Origin: a virus
Taxonomy: Duplodnaviria; Caudoviricetes
Direction: 5' to 3' (one strand)
DNA length: 33,358 nucleotides
Virus record (IMG/VR): IMGVR_UViG_3300023197_000048
Location: 1 to 33,358 of that record
Positions 10,501-18,172 of this stretch are shown piece by piece. Below the pieces are notes generated by a model, which saw only the letters and a list, made by a program, of their open reading frames with translations, had not been told where the DNA came from and did not search any database. Position 1 is the stretch's first letter; the number at the start of each line of letters is the position of its first letter. Position numbers and translations under genes: made by a program.

Positions 10501-12972
10501 GCCAGTGATACCGACAGTGCTACAGCCAGTGTGACAGTAAATGAAAAGAGCACATCTGGAGACCTGGGTGTGTCCATCACAGGTACTAACTCACCTGTAA
10601 ATGAGGGTGAGGATCTTAGAGTTACGGTTAACGTAAGTAACAGCAGTGGCTCAGAGCAGAGTGGTATAGTGGGTCTCTCAGTGCCCCAGTCTGCTCAGAG
10701 GGATTTTGTAGGGGTGACCTTAGGTGATGGTAAAACCGAGAGACACACCCTGGTCTGGAGCACTGAGGATGGTGATGCTGGAGTATTTACAGCAGAGGTA
10801 TCCAGTGGCACAGACTCAGATACTGCCCAGGTAGAGGTGGAGGAGGTAGGACCAGGACCCTCTGGTGATGTAAATGTCACCATCACAGGCACTAACTCAC
10901 CTGTGGAGGAGAGTGAGGCTCTGACGGTCACCTTTGATGCCACCAACAACCTCAGTGAGCCTCAGGAGGCAGATTTAGTACTGTCTACCATAGACCCCTC
11001 AGGCACCGAAAGGGACCGAGATACCACAGGCACCCTCTCCTTTACTGCTGATGAGACTAAGACAGACCTAACTCTACAGTGGCAGACACAGGAGGGTGAT
11101 GCTGGAGACTATACAGCTAAGGTCAGGAGCCAGACAGATAGTGATACCACACCCATAAAGGTGGTAGATGATAGTGAGTCACAGGGTGATGTAGACATAA
11201 CCATCACAGGTACTAACTCACCTGTGGAGGAGGGTAATGACCTAAATGTGGATTTTGAGGCAAAGAATAACCTAAACTCATCACTGACTGCCACCCTCAC
11301 ACTGGATGTAGATGAGGGTACAGACACAGAAAAAGACTTTTCGGTGGAGGACTTTACTGCAGGACAGACCAGAAACCTCACCCTCACCTGGAGCACTGAG
11401 GCTGGAGATGCTGGTGACTATACTGCCACAGTCTCCAGTGGCACTGACAGTGAGAGTGTGGGTGTGGAGGTGGTGGAGGAGATAGCTGGGGGTGATTTTG
11501 ACGTTAACATCACAGGTACTAACTCACCTGTCGAGGAGGGTGACCTACTGGATGTAGATGTTACGGTCACCAACAACCTCACCCAGCAGCAGCAGGGTAC
11601 CGTGAGCCTGTCCATCTTAAATGGTGGACCTGGTCAAGTTGATACCACTCCAGTGGATCTGGGTGGTGGTGACTCTGTAGATATTACCCTCTCCTGGCAG
11701 ACACAGAGTGGTGATGACGGATTTTATACAGCAAAGGTAAGAAGTGGCACCGACAGTGACAGTCAGAGCATCAGGGTGTTTGAGGAGCAGCCAGTGGGTG
11801 ATGTAAATGTCACCATCACAGGTACTAACTCACCTGTATTAGAGGGTAACTGGCTGGATGTGAGTGTGGAGGCTACTAAAGATGCAGATACAAATGATAC
11901 TTTAGAGGCAGTTATAACCCTGGCTCTGGATGGTAACCAGGAGGATACACAGACCCTACTTTTAGAGGATGGTGAGACTATAAACACCACCCTCTCCTGG
12001 CTTACCCAGACAGGAGATGCTGGAGACTATACAGCCAGGGTAGACTCTGGAGATGACAGTGATACTGCCCAGGTGACTGTAGAGGAACCAGACCAGACCT
12101 TTGATTATAGTTTGAGTGTTACATGTGGCGAATTTAACCCAGGTGATGCAGCACCCTCTACTGATGTATCTGCTGAGATACAACTTAACCAGGGTCCTGT
12201 AATAGAGAGGGATATACTACTTTTCAAAATAGAGCCAAATGGTACCCAGTCATTTGTGGAACGTAAAATAAGAGAGTTAGATGCCTCCACCACTGTGGAT
12301 TTTGAGTATTTCCTGGGACAGACCGATATAGAGGAGGCTCCAATAGAGTTTTGTGTGGAGTTTACAGACCCACAGCAGACAGAGTATAGAAAGTGCTGCA
12401 CATCCAGCAGTGGATTATGTAGTTATCAAGATATAGGGGTTAATGGTAATGCTGGTAACTTCTTTACCACACCCTCAGAGGAGACCCCAGAAAAATGCAC
12501 ATTTACTGGTGATTTTGAGTTTTCAGCTAAATGGTTTTGGCAGGTGCTAAACCCTGATAAATTTGATACCACCTCTGCAGTCTATACTCTCACTGGAGGT
12601 GGGATTGATATACTGAGATTAAGGGCAGCTAATTTAACAGGCAGTTCCCAGCTTGGTACATCAGACAGGCTAAATCTTAGCATAAATACCAGGTCAGGTA
12701 GTGCTGCCACCAGTGACCCTAATGAGATGGATGTATCAGAGAATTTGGTCAGTGCTCAGACAAAAATTACCATGACTGACACAGAGGCTGAGTTATTTAT
12801 AGGTGATAGTGATGGTAACTTTTCTAGCTTATTACAGGCACCTGTAGACCCATCTAACTGGGGTGGTGTTACTGATTTAGAGGGTTACGTAAGAGCAAAT
12901 GGTGACCAGGTACATGACCCAGATGGTCCATTTAACATTATAAGTAGCGTGGAGGATGCTCAGGTGTTTTAA
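7558..12972 (+). CDS. Tail hub/central fibre adhesin with 8 CARDB/Ig-like repeats
   Basis: 1804 aa; hub-like N-terminus; eight GDVxxTITGTNSPVxEG...WxTxxGDAGxY repeats; unique Cys-containing C-terminus. Confidence 0.85.
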   Translation: MAYEIDLINKQNRSDIITLEVDDWGSKDITHTHTGVSTWQLDVAPHQPGLDDRILNEVRVYYMEDGTRQEQILFGELLATSHNITEGKTTLEGEGVAVRLKRSVTQVKYQNQPVWWALDSYVTDFLPNWSWTVIPPNTQTVKDGATVVSETDMGELVNPPEEHPVHIDGGNLRFYQSAFTQEAEAFDSASGAAAPWGASDFSNVDNTFSSDSNSSGEIIALGGTENAEWTFTTEYRIPAEAFELKVRDRFREDDSLSLEFEGRIEWQIDIGDTGTFETIDVFDTAGGDSVYKDLSWRTKTSEGDLTIPQGTHRLRVEVVRNDESTANTYLVDLICPHDARFSYDFVEEELDTLQGPQHYPQGWRTEVADVDEGSNITQASVSSVWLDGATGAGQAWHARNNQGLSYQERENTASATWDFGADDLVGSILQVDVTLSRKGNRPDKTPSTGFETQELQEVDVTLTTDDLGIIEGAKEYSGTDFENLQTLHSDANMVYSVDHTVLTEEPQAQSHRPGDRVRSNSFDWLSLSYGRDLYDYANRAVGFTRRKSGGRDKVVREDESEQTAKGETVGIAEIFSRVDQDLSELRFETRNLLQQAVDGEVFHASGDIEPQYIRPGFTQDLDEVPVRVFLEEVAYSFGPGDASVSLSMGKLDDWNKTVVESKNRERQTRASIGTEVAEDEEPGDDEPEEEGDVDITITGTNSPIDEGSRLSVEFDATNNLSEPQEAQLTLEILGPGEGGVVETLQIDFTADETKSLEAGWQTEPGDAGNYTATVSSGTDSDSKQVTVEEPEAEGDASVTITGTNSPVTEGDDVVVTFDATNNLSTSQDIQFTLDVDVDTQVQDTVTLSFSDSETKTGIELRWTTEDGDAGDYTATVESGTDSDTAQVTVEEPDTNPTGDVDISNLTTNSPVEEEDVLVATFDATNNLTQQQDAEITLDVDIDGQTQDTTGTLSFTDGETKTDLTLQWQTEEGDAGDYTAEVASDTDSATASVTVNEKSTSGDLGVSITGTNSPVNEGEDLRVTVNVSNSSGSEQSGIVGLSVPQSAQRDFVGVTLGDGKTERHTLVWSTEDGDAGVFTAEVSSGTDSDTAQVEVEEVGPGPSGDVNVTITGTNSPVEESEALTVTFDATNNLSEPQEADLVLSTIDPSGTERDRDTTGTLSFTADETKTDLTLQWQTQEGDAGDYTAKVRSQTDSDTTPIKVVDDSESQGDVDITITGTNSPVEEGNDLNVDFEAKNNLNSSLTATLTLDVDEGTDTEKDFSVEDFTAGQTRNLTLTWSTEAGDAGDYTATVSSGTDSESVGVEVVEEIAGGDFDVNITGTNSPVEEGDLLDVDVTVTNNLTQQQQGTVSLSILNGGPGQVDTTPVDLGGGDSVDITLSWQTQSGDDGFYTAKVRSGTDSDSQSIRVFEEQPVGDVNVTITGTNSPVLEGNWLDVSVEATKDADTNDTLEAVITLALDGNQEDTQTLLLEDGETINTTLSWLTQTGDAGDYTARVDSGDDSDTAQVTVEEPDQTFDYSLSVTCGEFNPGDAAPSTDVSAEIQLNQGPVIERDILLFKIEPNGTQSFVERKIRELDASTTVDFEYFLGQTDIEEAPIEFCVEFTDPQQTEYRKCCTSSSGLCSYQDIGVNGNAGNFFTTPSEETPEKCTFTGDFEFSAKWFWQVLNPDKFDTTSAVYTLTGGGIDILRLRAANLTGSSQLGTSDRLNLSINTRSGSAATSDPNEMDVSENLVSAQTKITMTDTEAELFIGDSDGNFSSLLQAPVDPSNWGGVTDLEGYVRANGDQVHDPDGPFNIISSVEDAQVF
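9628..12090 (+). repeat. Eight tandem coding repeats of about 300-320 bp (CARDB-like)
   Basis: Recurring ACAGG(T/C)ACTAACTCACC and GATGCTGGAGACTATAC blocks. Confidence 0.9.
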
Positions 12973-13337
12973 TGGATAGTATTTTAGACTCTTTGAGTGA
13001 CCTGAGCAGTATACTCCTGGGCATACCTGCTGTTTTGCTGGTCTGGGCAGTGGGTCTGACTGCCAGACAGAGGAAACTGCTAAATGTTGTCATGGGTGAT
13101 GAGACCAGAGAGGGTATACTGGAGAGGCTGGGCATCATAGAGGAGGAGATGGTGACCGAGGAGGATATGGGTGAGTTAGAGCAAAACCTGGAGCAGAAAA
13201 TAGAGGAAAACGCAGCAGATCCTGAGGATATGAAAGAAGTAAAGGGTATGCTTAGGACCCTCTGCTTAGCACAGGATCTGGAGCCAGAGGACCTGGGTGG
13301 AGATGGTGGTAGTTTCCTCGGTGGAGATGATGACTGA
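12972..13337 (+). CDS. Membrane-anchored coiled-coil protein (possible lysis/holin-like)
   Basis: Single N-terminal TM segment (ILLGIPAVLLVWAVGL) with an acidic coiled coil; last gene of the late operon. Confidence 0.55.
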   Translation: MDSILDSLSDLSSILLGIPAVLLVWAVGLTARQRKLLNVVMGDETREGILERLGIIEEEMVTEEDMGELEQNLEQKIEENAADPEDMKEVKGMLRTLCLAQDLEPEDLGGDGGSFLGGDDD

Positions 13338-13728
13338 GGTTAACAGGTTTTGTTAGGCTGGTGTTAAGATGGATGTTTAGCTTATGTTAGGTGTTAGGCT
13401 CCTGAGCCAGGCTGATGTTAAGCTGGAGGGTCTAACTCAACAGATACTTTACACAGACTGTAAGGCTAAGAGCCTGAGGCACAAGCAGATTTATGGTAAT
13501 GTGGCTGAGTACCTATAGAGTAGGCTATAGCAGCCCCCATGATGAGCAGTAGCTATGAGGAGGAGACCGAGGAGACCACCCTAATCCTACCTTAGAGAGG
13601 TTACGTAAGCCTATCTCAGTAGATTAACACCTTACATACACTAAACATACATATACTGTTTAGTATCTGACTTAACCAACCTGTGCTTAACAGTAAGTTT
13701 TTAGTGCTTAGTATATCACTCTAAACAC
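13338..13728. promoter_or_regulatory. AT-rich control region with TGTTA(A/G) repeats; candidate origin or operator block
   Basis: TGTTAR-like copies at 13351, 13362, 13374, 13385, 13392 and 13416; inverted copies at 13624-13727. Confidence 0.5.
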
Positions 13729-14235
13729 ATGGGTACAGGTGACCAGTTACCATCAGACTGGGCAAAGAGGAGAGAAAAGATACTGCTTAGAGATGATTAT
13801 GAGTGCAGAAACTGTGGGGTTATTGGTGGCATGGATGGACCAGCTACATTAGAGGCTCATCATATAGTACCAGTTACACTTGGTGGCTCATCACGAATAA
13901 AAAATTTAGTGACCCTCTGTGCAGACTGTCATCCTAAAGCAGACAAATGGACCCAGGTAGATGACCTGAGTGAGCTACTCACAGACCGAGAAATAACAGC
14001 AGATGACCATGATGCCAAATCAGAAATACTGGAGGATACTACAATACTCAGCCAACGTGAGGCTAAGATCCACATCCTCAAAGAGGAGGGGCACACCCAC
14101 CGAGAAATAGCTGAGAGACTGGATACAACAAAAGGCAGTATTGATGCTCAGTCACACAGGGTAACGAAAAAACTAAAACAGGCTGCTAATACACTCAGGT
14201 TTGTAGGTCTTGATAAGGTACAGACAGATAAATAA
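13729..14235 (+). CDS. HNH endonuclease fused to a C-terminal LuxR/sigma-region-4-type HTH
   Basis: RDDYECRNCG...EAHHIVP...GG...NLVTLCADCH; LSQREAKI...GHTHREIAERLDTTKGSI. Confidence 0.85.
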   Translation: MGTGDQLPSDWAKRREKILLRDDYECRNCGVIGGMDGPATLEAHHIVPVTLGGSSRIKNLVTLCADCHPKADKWTQVDDLSELLTDREITADDHDAKSEILEDTTILSQREAKIHILKEEGHTHREIAERLDTTKGSIDAQSHRVTKKLKQAANTLRFVGLDKVQTDK

Positions 14236-14259
14236 CTACTACTGCCTCAGAGCCACAAA

Positions 14260-14345
14260 CTTTATACTACTGCCTCACTAAGTACAGAGTAGAGCAGACA
14301 GTCTGAGGCAGTACCACACAGTCTGCTCTGGAGCAAAGACCACAG
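14260..14345 (+). promoter_or_regulatory. Early promoter (TTTATA) with a conserved leader hairpin
   Basis: TTTATA at 14261; AGAGCAGAC/GTCTGCTCT stem; TGCTCTGGAGCAAAGAC is shared with 17186. Confidence 0.6.
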
Positions 14346-14930
14346 ATGACAGAGACAGAGAGAGAGACCGAGGAGACCGAGGTAGAGGCAGAAAAACAGA
14401 CCGAGGAGTACCAGCCTACCCTCCATGTGACAGGCTCAGGTCCTGTCACTGTAGAGAGGCTGATAGGCACACAGATCCATGGAGGTGGCACTATAGAGGA
14501 GGAGCAGGTGCTACAGATAGATGCAGAGATAACTCCTGAGGAGATAGTAGAGGCTCTGGAGGGTGTGAGAAACCCAGACAGAGCAGTAAACAAAAGAAGG
14601 CTACTGGAGTACATCACCGAGGATGAGACCATAGAGATACCTGGCAGTCAGACAGAGGAGATAGATGAGTGGACCTTAGAGGTACAGGGTGAGGTGAGAG
14701 ACATGGAGATCCTACTGAAGACAGTAAAGAAGGCAGAAATTGATAACCAGTGGTCTAAGAGTAAAGCCAGGGTATCAGTCTATTCAGACCTAAAAGCCAG
14801 GGGCATATTTGGCTCTGGTCTCTACGTAGCAGGCATGAGGAGGCAGTTAATCAACCAGGAGGAGGTAGACCTGACCACTGCCCAGGCTCTGGTGGACCAC
14901 CTAACCGAGGAGGAGGATGACAGTGAGTAA
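14346..14930 (+). CDS. Hypothetical protein
   Basis: 194 aa, acidic, with typical codon usage; first gene after the promoter. Confidence 0.75.
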   Translation: MTETERETEETEVEAEKQTEEYQPTLHVTGSGPVTVERLIGTQIHGGGTIEEEQVLQIDAEITPEEIVEALEGVRNPDRAVNKRRLLEYITEDETIEIPGSQTEEIDEWTLEVQGEVRDMEILLKTVKKAEIDNQWSKSKARVSVYSDLKARGIFGSGLYVAGMRRQLINQEEVDLTTAQALVDHLTEEEDDSE

Positions 14931-15468
14931 AACCACACCTCTCCAGAGCACCCTGAGCCAGGACCAGGGTAAGGCAGTGGTCCTGAAAGTAGGCAGAAAG
15001 TACACCTATCTGGCTGCTCTGGGTGATAACTCCAGCAGCAGTGAGCCTATAGGTGTGGGTAGAGTAGACCAGACTGACTTACCCACCGAGGTGGAGCCAG
15101 GCATGGTCATCACCCTCTCAGATAAGAGCATAGCACTGGGTGGTGCTGGAGGTGGCTACATAGAGAGAGACCTGGTAGAGCTACAGAAAGACCTACAGTG
15201 GCATGCAGAGCACAGTGAGGAGGATGACGTAGCCAGACATGCCCAGGAGGCTCTGACACACCTGGAGAGACCTGTAGAGTTTGAACGTAAGGGCAGAGCA
15301 GTAGCTGAGGAGTACCTGGAGATGGTGAGTGACCAGGGCACCAGTGACTGCTCTACAGTGGATGATATAGCAGCTAAGCACGGTCTATCTGTCAGAGAGA
15401 CCTACAGGCAGCTAAACCAGAGGGTGCCTGAGTCTGTGAGGCTGAGGAAAGGTGATGAGGATGAGTGA
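14917..15468 (+). CDS. Hypothetical protein with a C-terminal HTH
   Basis: TVDDIAAKHGLSVRETYRQL; the start may be GTG 14923. Confidence 0.65.
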   Translation: MTVSKTTPLQSTLSQDQGKAVVLKVGRKYTYLAALGDNSSSSEPIGVGRVDQTDLPTEVEPGMVITLSDKSIALGGAGGGYIERDLVELQKDLQWHAEHSEEDDVARHAQEALTHLERPVEFERKGRAVAEEYLEMVSDQGTSDCSTVDDIAAKHGLSVRETYRQLNQRVPESVRLRKGDEDE

Positions 15469-15712
15469 GGACAGAGTAGAGCCAGACATAGAGACCTGGA
15501 GAGAGTCAGATGATGTAGAGGGTAGTGTGACTCTCCTGGTAAAAAACCCACAGATAGGCTGGGTAGAGCCTGCTCTGGCATTTGAGGATAAGGATGATGC
15601 TAAGGCTGCTAAGAGGCAGATGGTCCAGCCAGATGCAGCCAGGCTCCTCCATGATGTGCCTCTCATACCTGCTGGAGCAGAGCCAGGCACCGAGGGTGGT
15701 GGAGATGACTGA
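15461..15712 (+). CDS. Hypothetical protein
   Basis: Overlap-coupled acidic ORF (MSEDRVEP...). Confidence 0.65.
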   Translation: MSEDRVEPDIETWRESDDVEGSVTLLVKNPQIGWVEPALAFEDKDDAKAAKRQMVQPDAARLLHDVPLIPAGAEPGTEGGGDD

Positions 15713-15917
15713 CCACACCGAGGACCAGCCTGAGTGTAAACTGCTGGGGTGCTCTAACCCAGCACAGGGTACCAGTGGCTCTGCCAGATTCTGCTCAGAC
15801 CAGTGTGAGGTAAAGTATGAGCACATCAAATCAGATGCTGAGGATGCTCAAAGAGCAGCAGAGGAGGAGAGTAGAGAGGAGGCTGGTGAGGCATACTGGA
15901 GAAATAGCAGGCTGTAG
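15705..15917 (+). CDS. FCS/TRASH-like zinc-finger protein (70 aa)
   Basis: CKLLGC...RFCSDQC; the ATG at 15705 follows GGTGGTGGAG. Confidence 0.7.
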   Translation: MTDHTEDQPECKLLGCSNPAQGTSGSARFCSDQCEVKYEHIKSDAEDAQRAAEEESREEAGEAYWRNSRL

Positions 15918-15962
15918 ACCAGTCTCATAAACCCTATTCTGCTATATCCATCTCATTTAGAC

Positions 15963-16056
15963 AGTGTGCACACTAAGAGACATATCTGACCTATAACTGT
16001 GCTCTATCATAGGTCATATATGACCGAAAGATTCGAGTGGACAGGACATATATGAC
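15963..16056. promoter_or_regulatory. Operator/iteron cluster
   Basis: Palindrome AGTGTGCACACT at 15963; three G(A/T)CATAT(A/C)TGAC copies at 15979, 16013 and 16045. Confidence 0.65.
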
Positions 16057-16062
16057 TCATGT

Positions 16063-16305
16063 ATGAGACCAGCAGATGCAGCATGGCATGGCATCCTCCA
16101 GACAAATGCCAGAGTACGTAACCCAGTCAAAATAGGCACGATTAGGAGGACCTTAGAAACCTCAGAGAGAATAGACCCAGAGGCAGTACCCTCAGACAAG
16201 ACTATACAGAGGACCCTCAAAACCATGGAGCAGTTAGGACATGTGAGGCAGAGCACAGGAGGTAAGAGGTGGTTTATAGAGCTAAAAAATCACTCAGTAG
16301 AGTGA
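16063..16305 (+). CDS. Winged-helix DNA-binding protein
   Basis: PSDKTIQRTLKTMEQLGHVRQSTGGKRW; basic, unlike most of the proteome. Confidence 0.7.
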   Translation: MRPADAAWHGILQTNARVRNPVKIGTIRRTLETSERIDPEAVPSDKTIQRTLKTMEQLGHVRQSTGGKRWFIELKNHSVE

Positions 16306-16544
16306 GGACAGAAATGGTGGCAGTCAGATCTACCCTGCTCATTTAACTCACCCATCCTCTCCTGTATGGCACTGATGACTGCCTGCCTCTCCTGGTGCTC
16401 TGCCTCTATCCTGAGCCAGGTCTGGCACTGTTTAGCACACCAGAGACCATTAATGAGCACCTGGAGGGTGGGCAGGGACCTGTAGCTGAGGCTCCACAGT
16501 GGCTCACCCACCTCATCTTTACTGGCTCTTTCGTGTTTAATCAC
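16290..16544 (-). CDS. Hypothetical protein (84 aa)
   Basis: The GTG start overlaps the upstream minus-strand gene; WLRIEAEHQERQAVISAIQERMGEL helix. Confidence 0.55.
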   Translation of the reverse strand: MIKHERASKDEVGEPLWSLSYRSLPTLQVLINGLWCAKQCQTWLRIEAEHQERQAVISAIQERMGELNEQGRSDCHHFCPHSTE

Positions 16545-17097
16545 CCTCACCCTCCTGCTTACTGCCTGTGAGCCTGAGGCACCACTGCCCATGCCTCTTT
16601 TCTCTTTCCACATGTCCCAGCAGTATGCCCTGCTCCACCTGCTCCTCTACATCCTCCATAACTCGGTGTACCTGTGTGTTATGCTCTAAATCCAGCCACC
16701 TCTTTATCCTGGCTGTTTTTACCCAGTTACCCACCAGATTCTGCTCTACTATCCTACTGTATACCTGTCTCACCCTGGCATCACTTAGGCTACCATCAGC
16801 ATCTGGTGCCATATCTAAGAGGATCTTAGCACCAGCCTCACCGTTTATCTCTCCTCGGTTTAACTGCCTCACTAAGTCCTGTGTACCTCTCAGGTCCTGC
16901 TCCTGCTCCTCCTGCTGCTGCTCCAGGTCTCTAATCTTCTTGTGGAGCCTCCCCACCTCTCTAACCAGCATATCCACCTGCTCCTCAGTGGTCATCTCCT
17001 CGGTGTTATCATCCAGCCACCTCTCTATACCCTCGGTGTTATCATCCTCTGCCATGTGGTACTGCCTCCATAGAGCATCAGTTAACACCCCACCCAC
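16537..17097 (-). CDS. Coiled-coil protein with a probable C-terminal wHTH
   Basis: Coiled coil followed by TARIKRWLDLEHNTQVHRVM...GHVEREKRHG; the purine skew flips here; the true start is probably MAEDD. Confidence 0.7.
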   Translation of the reverse strand: MGGVLTDALWRQYHMAEDDNTEGIERWLDDNTEEMTTEEQVDMLVREVGRLHKKIRDLEQQQEEQEQDLRGTQDLVRQLNRGEINGEAGAKILLDMAPDADGSLSDARVRQVYSRIVEQNLVGNWVKTARIKRWLDLEHNTQVHRVMEDVEEQVEQGILLGHVEREKRHGQWCLRLTGSKQEGEGD

Positions 17098-17207
17098 TTA
17101 TAACTTTACACCAGATGTAAAGATATTGTTATACCATAATTATAAGTGGCAGCCTGTTATAGTGACAGAGTAGAGCACCAGGTGGTGCTCTGGAGCAAAG
17201 ACAGACC
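17098..17207. promoter_or_regulatory. Divergent promoter region with an operator and leader hairpin
   Basis: CTTTACA-N5-TGTAAAG at 17104..17122; TTATAA at 17140; AGAGCACC/GGTGCTCT stem. Confidence 0.65.
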
Positions 17208-17714
17208 ATGGAGAAAACAGAGACCGAGTTACCGACAGAGCCAGATGAGATAGACCTGATAATAGGGGGCAGCCAGATAGTGTGCCCCATCACAGGTAGG
17301 ACAGTAGAGGAGACCGAGGTGATGACAGTGGTGGATGGTATATTTTTCGCAGATGAGACCAATCTGGCTGCTATACAAAGGTGGCAGGCAGAGGCAGGAG
17401 AGGAGCAGGTGGATAGAGTGAGGAGCCACCACCAGGATCTGGTAGAGCAGGTGATAAACCACCAGCAGCAGCCTACTGAGGAGCAGAGGCAGGCAGATGA
17501 GTACATAGAGAGGACAGACACAGGTGTGAGCATAGAGCATAAGATGACCAGGGGAACAGGCACCAGGGACCAGGATACCCTCAATACCAAAATCAAAGGT
17601 GCCACCCTCCAGGAGGCTCTGACAGACCTGGAGCAGGCTAAGCCTAAGGTTAGGCAGTACATGCAGGAGGTAAGAGGCTACCAGCCAGACTCTGAGGAGG
17701 ATGATGACAGATGA
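17208..17714 (+). CDS. Hypothetical protein (RGTGTRDQD motif)
   Basis: 168 aa; the C-terminal motif resembles a family I recall from haloarchaeal mobile elements (not verified). Confidence 0.7.
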   Translation: MEKTETELPTEPDEIDLIIGGSQIVCPITGRTVEETEVMTVVDGIFFADETNLAAIQRWQAEAGEEQVDRVRSHHQDLVEQVINHQQQPTEEQRQADEYIERTDTGVSIEHKMTRGTGTRDQDTLNTKIKGATLQEALTDLEQAKPKVRQYMQEVRGYQPDSEEDDDR

Positions 17715-18172
17715 GTGGAGAGACTAAGACCATCAGGCAGTATCTGGTAGTGGACCATGTAAAGGACAGGATGCGCGCGCGGAAAAGTAAACCCAGCAGC
17801 AGTGAGTTAGGCACAAATGAGGTGATAGTGGAGGCTAAGGTGGAGGTAAATACACGCCCTGAGCCAGATATACCTACCATAGCTGCTGAGGTGAATGTAT
17901 CAGAGACTCAGGTATATACAGCCACACTGGAGGCTCTGGAGCCAGAGGACCTACCAGACTGGACAGATGAGGCAGAGGCAGTGGTAGAGGAGGAGTTAAG
18001 CGGCACCGAGGACCTGACCACCGAGGAGCAGGAGGCAGTGGTGGATGAGCTAACCACTAAGACCATGCTCCAGACCAATACCAGACCCAAAACCGAAAGG
18101 GTCAGGAGGCATGTAGACGGTCTGGTGGGCACCAAACTGGGCACCTCTGAGGAGGATACCAGTGCCAGATAG
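17711..18172 (+). CDS. Hypothetical protein
   Basis: ATGA overlap; 153 aa; contains the GCGCGCGCGG run. Confidence 0.75.
   Translation: MSGETKTIRQYLVVDHVKDRMRARKSKPSSSELGTNEVIVEAKVEVNTRPEPDIPTIAAEVNVSETQVYTATLEALEPEDLPDWTDEAEAVVEEELSGTEDLTTEEQEAVVDELTTKTMLQTNTRPKTERVRRHVDGLVGTKLGTSEEDTSAR

Noticed and set aside
7558-12972. Invertible tail-fibre locus (phiCh1-like)
   Set aside because: All repeats are direct, and there is no inverted partner gene or recombinase.
13539-13595. 18-codon ORF MMSSSYEEETEETTLILP
   Set aside because: Too short, with no clear SD or well-placed TATA box; it cannot be supported.
15979-16056. Mini-CRISPR array
   Set aside because: The 12-bp repeats and 20-22-bp spacers are too short, and they do not resemble haloarchaeal CRISPR repeats.
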